In this document: piece by piece, positions 29,901 to 38,625 of the stretch
Layout of the letters: each line of letters begins with the position of its first letter
Position numbering within the stretch: position 1 is the stretch's first letter
Assembly (NCBI GenBank): GCA_964490245.1
Contig: CAZBAF010000002.1
Coordinates: forward strand, 2,456 to 66,455
DNA length: 64,000 nucleotides
Direction: 5' to 3'
Source: an uncultured Candidatus Saccharibacteria bacterium
GTDB taxonomy: Bacteria; Patescibacteriota; Saccharimonadia; Saccharimonadales; JACDBH01
Position numbers and translations under genes: made by a program
Notes under the pieces: generated by a model
Told to the model about the DNA's origin: nothing
The model's database searches: none
The model's input: the letters and a program-made list of their open reading frames with translations, nothing else

Positions 29901-29986
29901 GAATCACCTGCTAAAACTTATTTTAACCAGCCATAAACAATTTTGACTTCAAAATTGTACCAGTTCGGTGCGGCGCGCGTCAATCA

Positions 29987-31039
29987 CTAACCGCGGCACT
30001 GATCTTCCGGCCGCGCCACGCCATGCTGAGTCTTTAAGGCTTCATGCTGTTCATTTGTCTGGCTAAAGCGCGTCACGCAGTCCCGGCCGGCTACAAAATA
30101 CAGGTAATCCGTGTCCGAAGGGTTGGTGACAGCCGTAAGCGAACTCAAACTGACATTGCTGATCGGGCCCGGCGGCAGACCGGCAATAGCGTAGGTGTCG
30201 TACTCTGGAGGATAATTGTCGGTCGCATTTGACTGCAGCATCATGCCAATCTGGAGCCGCTTCAAAAACACCTGCGCCGCCTTAGCCCGGTTATCTGTCG
30301 GCAGCCCGTCTTTATCAACTGCGCCAACCTCGCGCTCGACAATTGAAGCCAGGATAATCCCCTGATAGACACTCAGCCCCTGAGCCGCCATGCCGGCACG
30401 TATCTCAGGTGTCAGCGCACTGGCCATTTCGTCCAAAGCCAGTTTAATAACCGTTTCGGGGCGGGTTGTGCCGGGCAAAAACTCGTACGAATCAGGGAAC
30501 AGAAACCCCTCCAGGCTCGCCCCCTCCGGCTTGTCAACCAGTGCCGGGTGACCGGTATACTGCGCGGGATTAAAGGCCTGCTCGACCTCTGCCTCTGTAA
30601 AGCCCTTTTTGATAAAGTCCGCCTTGATATTGGCGAGATTATATCCCGGTATGATGGTAAACAAATTAGCCGCTACCCTCCCCTCTGTCAGGATCTGCAC
30701 AATCTCCTGTACGCTCTGTGACTGCTTAAGACTATAAGTGCCTGCCTTGATTTTTTCCTCCAGCCCGCTGATCTTCACGTACTGCGTAAAAGAACGGGTC
30801 GAGCGTATCAGCTGTTTGTCGCTGAGCCCCTGGGCAATCCGTGCCGGCGTATCGCCGCTTTGGACCACAAAGGTTATCTCGGTATCAGCCGACGGATCTA
30901 TGGGTTTAAGCCCCTGCTCATAAAGAGCCTTGAGCCCGAAAAACGCCGCCACACCGGCCAACACAACCGTGATAGCCAGAAACAACATTAACTTTGGCCA
31001 TCGGCGCTTGGCGGCTGCGCCGGCACGATATGACTTCAT
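29987..31039 (-). CDS. mltG: endolytic transglycosylase MltG (YceG-like)
   Basis: The probable start is the Met at 31039 (MKSYRAGAAAKRRWPKLMLFLAITVVL...). TM anchor, LysM-like domain, LEGFLFPDSYEF and GLPPGPISN blocks. The track start 31174 would overlap ruvX. Confidence 0.8.
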   Translation of the reverse strand: MKSYRAGAAAKRRWPKLMLFLAITVVLAGVAAFFGLKALYEQGLKPIDPSADTEITFVVQSGDTPARIAQGLSDKQLIRSTRSFTQYVKISGLEEKIKAGTYSLKQSQSVQEIVQILTEGRVAANLFTIIPGYNLANIKADFIKKGFTEAEVEQAFNPAQYTGHPALVDKPEGASLEGFLFPDSYEFLPGTTRPETVIKLALDEMASALTPEIRAGMAAQGLSVYQGIILASIVEREVGAVDKDGLPTDNRAKAAQVFLKRLQIGMMLQSNATDNYPPEYDTYAIAGLPPGPISNVSLSSLTAVTNPSDTDYLYFVAGRDCVTRFSQTNEQHEALKTQHGVARPEDQCRG

Positions 31040-31136
31040 GTCTTCAGCCCCCTTTTGGCTGGCCAGATGCGGCCACCGCGCGCCAGCCTGTCCCCTGACT
31101 TGATATCCCGGATCTGGTGACAATAACCGGTGCGGC

Positions 31137-31562
31137 TCATGCGACACGCTCCTGTTCGGTTTGCAAAAAATCACGCAGTATCAGGCAGGCAGCCTCGGCA
31201 TCAATATCGCCCTGCGTATACGGCTTGCCGCGGCGCTTGAGGACCGCCTCAGCCTCTACGGATGTTCCGGCTTCGTCCTGCATTACCACCGGAATGGACA
31301 TGCTTTTTTGCAGCTGTGCTGCAAACTGACGACTGCGGGCCGTCTGCTCGGTCTCGGCACTTTGCAGATTGCGCGGCAATCCGACCACTATGGTCGAGAC
31401 GTTTTCTTTCTGCGCCAGTTCGCGAATGCGCCCGAACACATCCCCCACCGCCTGCCTGTCAAGGGTCAAAAGCGGAGCCGGCAGCCGCGCAACAGACGAG
31501 GCCAGCGCCACGCCAATACGCCGCTCGCCCACATCCAGTGCCATGATATACCTAGCGTCCAT
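31137..31562 (-). CDS. ruvX: Holliday junction resolvase RuvX (YqgF)
   Basis: ALDVGERRIGVALAS, IVVGLPRN and DEAGTS are YqgF blocks. The start is ambiguous among Met codons at 31589, 31562 and 31544. Confidence 0.8.
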   Translation of the reverse strand: MDARYIMALDVGERRIGVALASSVARLPAPLLTLDRQAVGDVFGRIRELAQKENVSTIVVGLPRNLQSAETEQTARSRQFAAQLQKSMSIPVVMQDEAGTSVEAEAVLKRRGKPYTQGDIDAEAACLILRDFLQTEQERVA

Positions 31563-33258
31563 TGCCGTCTGCTGCCTGGTCCTGCTCACCGGTATGCTTG
31601 ATTTCTATGGTGATTTTTTTGGCGGCTTTCGGGGTCGAATAGACCCAGAACGGACTGTATTCGATCAGCACATCATCGACACCCGGCTGCTGGTCAAGAT
31701 ACTGCTCGACTTCGCCGCGCTTTTTACCGCGCACCGCTTCTTTGATTGCATCCACATCAATCTCCGGCCCGGCCGTCACAGAGGTGCGGAAGCTAATAAA
31801 CGCCTCGTTCGGGTTTGGCTGGTTATTGAGCCGCATGATCGCCGAATCAATTCCGTCATCACTGATGGACTGTTTTTCGAGATCAATCTCTTCATCGATG
31901 TCGGCTTTGATAACCTCCACCAGATCGGCGCGCTCGATGCCCAGCATGGTGTAGGTTATTTCGGCTTTTACTACCACCTCATCTGACTCTTCGTCTACCG
32001 CCGGTGTGGCTTCGGCTGCCGGATCGCCTGCGCGCTTGGTTTCGGTCAGGGCAAGCAACTCATCTGCGTCAAACAGCGCGCCCAGTTCTTCGTCGATCTG
32101 TGCGTTCAGCCGCTCGGTAATCCGGTTAAGTGCAGTATCGATATCTTTTTGGCTGACTATTTTGACGATTTTTGATGTACCGCCCGAGAATCCCGAACTG
32201 TTACTGCCGCTCACCCCTGAAAAACCGGCCACTGTGAAGTTGCGCCCATTGCCTATGTTATAGGAGTCGCCATTCTGAGCAGCCCGTACTTCCACCGTAT
32301 CGGTAAAGCGGCAAGGACCGCTGGCATGATTGTCCAGACGCGCCGTTTCCTGGGTAATAAAGTTGAGGCCGCCCGTACTGACAGCCGTACCTGAGGGCAC
32401 TACCGTACTGTCACCGGTCGCGCACGGCACCGACAACGTCACCTCGCCCTCTGCCCTGGTGCCGTCGTCGCGCTCGCCGGTAGCCGGCAATGTCTCGGTG
32501 TCGGTCTTTTTGACTTCTTTCAGTACAGCCGGCACGCGTCCCGCCTCAGCATCAACTGTTGTCTGTGTGGTTGAGGCCGTAAAATCAAATGAACTGACCA
32601 CTGATGTGGTGTCCGTCGCAATAACAATATTGGCCTTAGGCAGCACCACAAACGCCACATACCAGCCGGCCAGCAGCAAAACCAGCCCCAGGCCCGCCAG
32701 GAAAAAACCGAGGCGGAATTTCTCAAAGTTTGGCACCCGCAGGTGCTTCTGACGCTTTGGCTTGACAGCCGCAGCGCCGGATGCCGGTGGTTCAACCTGC
32801 AGGTTATCAAGCTCGATTGTTTCGGTGTCGTCATCGCGGGCAGGAGCGGCAGCCAGGGCACCGATACTGGCCGTTTTGTCCAGAACCACGTCTTCTTCAT
32901 CGCCGATAGTTTCGGTTTCGTCGTCGGCACCCGGCTGCCGGGGCGGCGGCGGAATCTCCGGCTTGCTCTGCAGGCTCTTTGCCACATGCAGCCCGGCTGC
33001 GCCGGCCAGCGGCATCAGACCAGTCTCGGACGTTATCAGCACCACGCTTTTCTTGGTGCTTTGGGCGGCTTTTTTGAGCAGCTTCATATTAACCACGCTC
33101 TGCAGGGCAGTAGCGCGCTTGGGCAGGACCAGGGCAACTATCTTTTGATCAGACTTTTTGACCTTGTCGATAATATTGGTGATCTCGTCATCAACATCGA
33201 CATAGACAGTCTCTTTGTTGCCTGCGGTTTTGCTTGGTGCGTTCTTTTTTGTGGCCAT
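31552..33258 (-). CDS. hypothetical bitopic membrane protein (568 aa) downstream of ftsA
   Basis: Cytoplasmic N-domain (VYVDVDDEITNIIDKVKKSDQKIVALVLPKRATALQSVVNMKLLKK), a Pro/Asp-rich linker, one TM helix (FFLAGLGLVLLLAGWYVAFVVL) and a large extracytoplasmic domain. No family name assigned. Confidence 0.6.
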   Translation of the reverse strand: MATKKNAPSKTAGNKETVYVDVDDEITNIIDKVKKSDQKIVALVLPKRATALQSVVNMKLLKKAAQSTKKSVVLITSETGLMPLAGAAGLHVAKSLQSKPEIPPPPRQPGADDETETIGDEEDVVLDKTASIGALAAAPARDDDTETIELDNLQVEPPASGAAAVKPKRQKHLRVPNFEKFRLGFFLAGLGLVLLLAGWYVAFVVLPKANIVIATDTTSVVSSFDFTASTTQTTVDAEAGRVPAVLKEVKKTDTETLPATGERDDGTRAEGEVTLSVPCATGDSTVVPSGTAVSTGGLNFITQETARLDNHASGPCRFTDTVEVRAAQNGDSYNIGNGRNFTVAGFSGVSGSNSSGFSGGTSKIVKIVSQKDIDTALNRITERLNAQIDEELGALFDADELLALTETKRAGDPAAEATPAVDEESDEVVVKAEITYTMLGIERADLVEVIKADIDEEIDLEKQSISDDGIDSAIMRLNNQPNPNEAFISFRTSVTAGPEIDVDAIKEAVRGKKRGEVEQYLDQQPGVDDVLIEYSPFWVYSTPKAAKKITIEIKHTGEQDQAADGNGR

Positions 33259-33266
33259 GTTTACAC

Positions 33267-34556
33267 TTATACGCTTAGTAAACGGTTAATTCTTTCCTTT
33301 ATTGAGCCTGCCTTATGGTTGGGGTTCTGCTGATTAAGCGTATCAACCCCCACCCGGAGCAATCCCATCGCGGTTATGAATGTATGGTCGTCTACCGCGC
33401 CGGTTTTGTCAATAATTCCTGCTACCTGTCCCGGCTCGATGTGGTGCACGGCCGGCTTTCGTGTAAAAGGCAGCCCTGTGTACCAGTCTGACCTGGCAAG
33501 CTCTTCCATCAGCATATCCAAAGAAGACCCGCCGCCGCAAAGCAGGATACGGTGCGGCAGATGATCCAGCTTGGTAAACTCGCCCAATGCCAATTCGACG
33601 CCGCTTACCCAGACCTCCAGTGTCTTGCGCAGCGCCTCGGTAATCTGCGCCTTTTTATGCGCGGGTATTTTGTTCGAATCAACAGCCAGCTTGAGCGTTT
33701 CGGCCTGATCAAAATCCGTTGACATCTCGCGCTCGATGGACTTGGTAAATGCGCGGCCGCCGATACCGAACATCTTGGTACCCTCAACGCCGCCCTCGTT
33801 CAGGACGGCAATATCGGTCGTGCCGCCGCCCACATCCATCAAAATAGCACTCATACTGGCGTTCGGGTCATTGCCGACCACGCTGCGGGCCACCGCAAAC
33901 GGCTCGGCCGCCACCGCCAGCAGATCGAGATCAAGCTCGCCAGCTGTCCGTTCCAGCGCGCCAATATGCACTAACGGTGCAAAAGCGGTATAAAGTTGTA
34001 TTAGAACATCACGGCCCTGAAAGCCCAACGGGCTGCTGACCACATAGCCATCAATTGTAATGTTGACCAACGCACTGTTGACCAGCCGGATCTCGACCTC
34101 TTTGCCGCCCAGTTCCCACGCCAGTTGGGCCTTGGCTTTTTCAAGTGCCCTGGCCTGCACCATGCCGATAATTCTTTCGACTTCAGGCATATCCAGAGGT
34201 TTGCTGGGCTCCTTGCGCGTAAACTTTACGGTTGTGGTCGTACCCTTTACCAGCTCGCCGGCAATCCCGATGACTGCTCCGCGCACGCTGACTCCGGCCA
34301 TTTTTTCGGCTTGAGCCAGCGCCTCGTCACAGTTTGCCACCACACCGGCAATATCGGCAATTGCCCCCGCCTGCATATCAGCCTGATGCTGGTGCGCCCG
34401 GCCGACCCCGACAATTTCTATCTCGTCGCCCTTGACACGGCCCAGCAGCGCTTTGACATTTTCGGTTCCGATATCCAGCGCAATGATATGTTCCGGCAGC
34501 GCCTCTGCAGGCGCGGCTGAGGCGCCCGGCTTTAATCTCTTCAAATGCTTAAGCAT
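33267..34556 (-). CDS. ftsA: cell division protein FtsA (actin-like ATPase)
   Basis: 429 aa. IIALDIGTENVKALLG (phosphate 1), ILMDVGGGTTDIAVL (phosphate 2) and LCGGGSSL (adenosine) motifs. Confidence 0.8.
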   Translation of the reverse strand: MLKHLKRLKPGASAAPAEALPEHIIALDIGTENVKALLGRVKGDEIEIVGVGRAHQHQADMQAGAIADIAGVVANCDEALAQAEKMAGVSVRGAVIGIAGELVKGTTTTVKFTRKEPSKPLDMPEVERIIGMVQARALEKAKAQLAWELGGKEVEIRLVNSALVNITIDGYVVSSPLGFQGRDVLIQLYTAFAPLVHIGALERTAGELDLDLLAVAAEPFAVARSVVGNDPNASMSAILMDVGGGTTDIAVLNEGGVEGTKMFGIGGRAFTKSIEREMSTDFDQAETLKLAVDSNKIPAHKKAQITEALRKTLEVWVSGVELALGEFTKLDHLPHRILLCGGGSSLDMLMEELARSDWYTGLPFTRKPAVHHIEPGQVAGIIDKTGAVDDHTFITAMGLLRVGVDTLNQQNPNHKAGSIKERINRLLSV

Positions 34557-34583
34557 ACTCCGTTTTATTGTAACACGAACGCA

Positions 34584-35105
34584 TTACAGAGCTTTGCCAC
34601 CTGCCGCTTCTTCTGCACGGTTTCTATCGTATTGTGCAACTCTCAATGCCACGCTCCAACGCTCTACCCAGGCCGGGTCGCATAATAGCGGCGAATAAAC
34701 ATATTCTGAGCCGGCACCGACCGGCAGCTGATCGACTACCAGCCTTTCAAGTGACACAAGCTCGTGGGGCCGGATCAGCGCCTCAGCCAGAGCTGCTGCC
34801 TCTACTTCACATTCCGTGCTGACAGCCACGCTGCCGACTGCGGGCCGCACCCGTCTGTACTGTGTACATTCCTGCACTACATCATTGACAGCTCTGTCAT
34901 ATACCGCCCGAAGTGAGTTCCACAGCAAAAGCTCGGTATTGGAATCAGCTTTCATCCGTGCCCACTTTACCTCTACAACACTTCCTGCCAGCCACAGATA
35001 CCCCTCGAGTGGTTTGGGCGGCAAGTCTCGATGTGTCAAAAAATAATCATACCGGCTTTGGCTGTCAAACAGTTCTGCAAACCGCTCAGCAGAAACTCTT
35101 GTCAT
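34584..35105 (-). CDS. hypothetical protein
   Basis: 173-aa ORF with no TM or signal and no family recognised. Its ATG lies 13 nt after the stop of a duplicated alaS 3' fragment. Confidence 0.5.
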   Translation of the reverse strand: MTRVSAERFAELFDSQSRYDYFLTHRDLPPKPLEGYLWLAGSVVEVKWARMKADSNTELLLWNSLRAVYDRAVNDVVQECTQYRRVRPAVGSVAVSTECEVEAAALAEALIRPHELVSLERLVVDQLPVGAGSEYVYSPLLCDPAWVERWSVALRVAQYDRNRAEEAAGGKAL

Positions 35106-35118
35106 AGCTTAAAGACCC

Positions 35119-35172
35119 CTAAGCCAACACCGCCTTAATGCGTCTGATGCCGGCGCTGGAGGCTTCTTCTTT
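35119..35172 (-). pseudogene. duplicated 3'-terminal fragment of alaS (encodes KEEASSAGIRRIKAVLA*)
   Basis: Positions 35124-35172 match 35267-35315 (the real alaS 3' end, KEEASSAGIRRIKAVLQ*) at about 43 of 49 positions by eye. The 3'-most 23 nt on the plus strand (CCGGCGCTGGAGGCTTCTTCTTT) are identical. Confidence 0.6.
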
Positions 35173-35261
35173 ACAGCGTTGCCGTATGAGACACCTACCA
35201 GCAGGTTTCTCATCGCGCCGGCAAAATGAAATACATTTTGTCGGGCTGCTCTTCCCGGTCA

Positions 35262-37154
35262 TTACTGCAACACCGCCTTTATTCTTCTGATTCCGGCGCT
35301 GGAGGCTTCTTCTTTGATGATTTTGAAAGTTTTGCCGTCTTCGGCCAGCTGGGCCGTGTGGTCAACGTGCGGGCCGCCGCAGATTTCAAAGCTGAAAGGC
35401 CGTTCCGCCGGATCAGATTTGGGATCTTTCATCGAGTAGACTTTGACCGTGTCGCCGTAGCGGTCGCCAAACTGCCCCAGCGCACCCAAAGGACCGGTGG
35501 CTTCCTCGGTTGGATATTCCGCCCAGCTGACCTGGAGATCTTTTTTGATCTGCTCGTTTACAATTTCTTCAACCCTGTCCAGTTGTTCGCGGGTGACTTT
35601 TTCGGGATGGCTAAAGTCAAAGCGCAGACGCTCTTCAGTGATGTTGCTGCCGTTTTGGATCACATGATCACCCAGCACATCGCGCAGCGCCTGATACATC
35701 AGGTGCGTCGCGGTGTGGTATTTCTTGTGCTGCATGGTCTGGCCGCCCAAGCCGCCCTTAAAAGTTCCCTTAGCCGCAGTCTGGCTGCGGGCGCGCTGCT
35801 GGGCCATTTTCTCATCAAAAACCTTACGCCAATCGTCCGGGACAGCAATATCCTGCTTGTATGCTTCTTCGATACTTAATTCAACCGGAAAACCATAGGT
35901 GTCATACAGCTTGAAAAGCTCGTCGCCGGTCAGGCCGTTTTCTTTTAATTTTTCGAGCTCTTTAATGCCTTTACGCAGCGTTTGCCGGAAAGCCTTCTCT
36001 TCTTTTATCAAGATTTCTACGACTTTGTCGCGATTTTCTTTGACTTCCGGATAATCCGCCTCATACAGATCGGCAATCACCGGCACGACCTCTTGCATGA
36101 AGTTTTGTTCGATACCAAGCCCGAAAGCAAACCGGATAGCCCGGCGCATCAGCCGGCGCATCACATAGCCCTGTTCTTTGTTGCTCGGCGTCACGCCGTC
36201 AACAGCTAAAAAGGTCGCTGCGCGCAGATGGTCGGCAATGACGCGCATGCTTGTGGTATAGCTGTCATAGGATTTGCCGCTTAATGACTCGAGCCTGTCT
36301 ATAATCGGTGCCAGCACGCTGATCTTAAAGACATCCGGACTGTCTAAGCTTGCCGCAGCAATACGCTCCAGACCGCCGCCAAAATCGACGTTTTGTTTGG
36401 GCAGCTTTTCAAAACCGGACTCTGTGCGCAAATATTCCATAAAAACCGAGTTACCGATCTCCATATAGCGGCCGCAATCACAGTTGGGGTGGCAGTTTTC
36501 GCCAAAACTTTTGTCATGTTCGATGTGCTCAAACAAATAGAACACCTCGCTGTCAGGACCGCAGGGCTCACCAACCTTAACCTGCGCCGGCGCGCCATTG
36601 CGGCTCCACCAGTTTTTCTCGTCGTAAAAGAAAATCCGGCCGCCCTGTTCGCCGACTTTATAGCCATTCTCTTCCGAACCAATCTCTACCTGTTTGGCAT
36701 CGATACCCTTAGCCGCAAACAGTTTACTCCAGATTTCGGCACCCTCGGTATCTTTTGGTATATCCCATTCCGGAAAACCGCTGCAGCAGGTTACATAAAT
36801 GCGCTTCGGGTCAAGCCCGACAACATCAGTCAAAAATTCAAAAAACCACGGCAGCTGCTCTGCTTTAAAATAGTCGCCGAGCGACCAGTTGCCCAGCATC
36901 TCAAAAAACGTCGTATGGCGGTTGTCGCCGATATCGTCAATGTCCTGAGCGCGCAGGCACGTCTGGCTGTTCACCAGCCGGGTGCCCTTTGGGTGCGGCT
37001 CGCCCAACAGATAGGGGATTAACGGCTGCATACCGCTGCCGGTAAACAGTGTGGTCGGGTCGTTGTACGGCACTAAAAGCGCACGCGGTACAACCGCATG
37101 CCCGCGCTCTTCAAAAAACCCCAAGTAAGCTTTACGTATTTCTTGTGCTGTCAT
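35262..37154 (-). CDS. alaS: alanine--tRNA ligase (compact form: catalytic + tRNA-recognition + editing domains, no C-Ala domain)
   Basis: MTAQEIRKAYLGFFEERGH..., FTGSGMQP, editing-domain HTATHLMYQALR and CGGPHV. About 630 aa versus about 870 for typical bacterial AlaRS. The probable start is 37154; the track start is 37175. Confidence 0.9.
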   Translation of the reverse strand: MTAQEIRKAYLGFFEERGHAVVPRALLVPYNDPTTLFTGSGMQPLIPYLLGEPHPKGTRLVNSQTCLRAQDIDDIGDNRHTTFFEMLGNWSLGDYFKAEQLPWFFEFLTDVVGLDPKRIYVTCCSGFPEWDIPKDTEGAEIWSKLFAAKGIDAKQVEIGSEENGYKVGEQGGRIFFYDEKNWWSRNGAPAQVKVGEPCGPDSEVFYLFEHIEHDKSFGENCHPNCDCGRYMEIGNSVFMEYLRTESGFEKLPKQNVDFGGGLERIAAASLDSPDVFKISVLAPIIDRLESLSGKSYDSYTTSMRVIADHLRAATFLAVDGVTPSNKEQGYVMRRLMRRAIRFAFGLGIEQNFMQEVVPVIADLYEADYPEVKENRDKVVEILIKEEKAFRQTLRKGIKELEKLKENGLTGDELFKLYDTYGFPVELSIEEAYKQDIAVPDDWRKVFDEKMAQQRARSQTAAKGTFKGGLGGQTMQHKKYHTATHLMYQALRDVLGDHVIQNGSNITEERLRFDFSHPEKVTREQLDRVEEIVNEQIKKDLQVSWAEYPTEEATGPLGALGQFGDRYGDTVKVYSMKDPKSDPAERPFSFEICGGPHVDHTAQLAEDGKTFKIIKEEASSAGIRRIKAVLQ

Positions 37155-37307
37155 AATGTAAGTACCTTTATTCAAAGTTAATAAACGCTGGCTACATTGC
37201 AGCTATCCGCGCATGCCGTAGAAGTACCGTAATGCAAAAATCTCATTACTTGTACTGTAACAGAGGTGGCCGGTTTTGCCAACGAATGCAAATCAAACCA
37301 ATTAAGC

Positions 37308-37336
37308 TTGACAACATCTAATTTATTTGCTATAAT
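37308..37336 (+). promoter_or_regulatory. perfect consensus sigma70 promoter TTGACA-17-TATAAT with no obvious downstream plus-strand gene
   Basis: TTGACA at 37308-37313, a 17-nt spacer, and TATAAT at 37331-37336. It points into the 3' end of the convergent minus-strand gene 37366-38568. Confidence 0.5.
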
Positions 37337-37365
37337 AAAAAGATAGGCTCTCAAAAATAAAAACC

Positions 37366-38568
37366 CTACCGCGGTGAAACGCGGATAATCCTGTCCTGCC
37401 CGCCGGAATTGTCGGTTGTTATAAAGAGATCGCCGCCGGGAGCCATCCGCACTGTGCGAATGCGACCAAAGTCAGTCAAAAGTTCTTGCTGGCTGCGCAC
37501 GCTGCCGTCCTCGGCAATATCCAGCAGACGGACGTGCTGGCCCTTCAGGGTTGCCATGACCAGCCGGCCCTGCCATAAACCCCAGCGTTCGTGCTGCAAA
37601 ATAGCTATACCTGACGGCGCGATGGTCGGCGAACCTGACCGCCATACCGGCTCATGGGCATCGGGGTATCTGTCCAAATCCGTCATTGGCACTGATTCGT
37701 CATAACGGCCGTCCTGACCGTTTGGATCCCAACCGAAGTTACCGGACCGCAGCCAGTTGATTTCATCATCACGATCAGGCCCATGCTCGGCCGTAAAACC
37801 GCGCGCACCGTTTGCCAACGGCTGATCCAGCACCACCAGACCCTGTACATTGCGGTGCCCATAGCTGTAAATACGCGGATCAAACGGTGCACCCAGATTG
37901 CCGCTTGCAGCCTGACCATCACGATCAACGCGCAGCACCTTACTGGCCAGACTGGCCGGGTTTTGCGGTGCGGCACCCAGTGCCGAATCGCCCGTGCCGA
38001 TCCACAAAACCCCCTCGCTATCCATATGCAGGCGGCAGCCGGAGTGTCGGCCGCCCTGACTCTCGATGTCGGTGATAATCTCGGTTATTTCGCCTATAGA
38101 CCGGTTGTCCGGCTGCAAAACAAAACGCCCCACACGCACACTGCGCACCGGACCGGCCGCGTTATAGCAGGCATACATGGTGCGGTTATCGGCAAAACTG
38201 CTATCCAGCGCCAGGCCCAGCAGCCCGCCTTCGCCCCCGGCCTGCACCATAGGCAGTTCGGCAATCTGCCAGTCCTCGCCGGTGTCAATATCCAGGCCAT
38301 ACAGTCGCCCGGCGCGCTCGCTAAACACTGCCGTCGTCTCGTTGATAAAAACCATATCCCAGATATGCGAATAACCTTCGGCTGCTGTGCTGATGCTCAG
38401 CTCCGGTGCGTCCGGCTCGACATCACTCACAGGCGGACTGTCCGGTGCGGCCTGCTCAGTCCGGCTGCCGTAAACAAGCAAGCCGACGCCCAGCACGATC
38501 AGCACAATACCGATTATTGCCCAGATAATACGTGCTTTTGTTGACACCTCATACATATGTCCGGCCAT
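37366..38568 (-). CDS. PQQ-dependent sugar dehydrogenase (soluble glucose/sorbosone dehydrogenase-like beta-propeller), N-terminally anchored
   Basis: 400 aa. TM helix, then GGLLGLALD, HSGCRLHMDSEGVLWIGTGD, YSYGHRNVQGL and EHGPDRDDEIN blocks. Confidence 0.8.
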   Translation of the reverse strand: MAGHMYEVSTKARIIWAIIGIVLIVLGVGLLVYGSRTEQAAPDSPPVSDVEPDAPELSISTAAEGYSHIWDMVFINETTAVFSERAGRLYGLDIDTGEDWQIAELPMVQAGGEGGLLGLALDSSFADNRTMYACYNAAGPVRSVRVGRFVLQPDNRSIGEITEIITDIESQGGRHSGCRLHMDSEGVLWIGTGDSALGAAPQNPASLASKVLRVDRDGQAASGNLGAPFDPRIYSYGHRNVQGLVVLDQPLANGARGFTAEHGPDRDDEINWLRSGNFGWDPNGQDGRYDESVPMTDLDRYPDAHEPVWRSGSPTIAPSGIAILQHERWGLWQGRLVMATLKGQHVRLLDIAEDGSVRSQQELLTDFGRIRTVRMAPGGDLFITTDNSGGQDRIIRVSPR

Positions 38569-38625
38569 ACATCCAGCATAGACGACCTGATAGGCTTGGG
38601 CAATATCAAAGTGCCCGCGCCGCCC

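Noticed and set aside
37176-37300. T-box or other riboswitch leader upstream of alaS
   Set aside because: The leader is only ~120 nt from a weak candidate promoter (TTGGCA-17-TACAGT, minus strand). It lacks the conserved T-box sequence and specifier architecture; only a small hairpin (GTAATG...CATTAC) is present.
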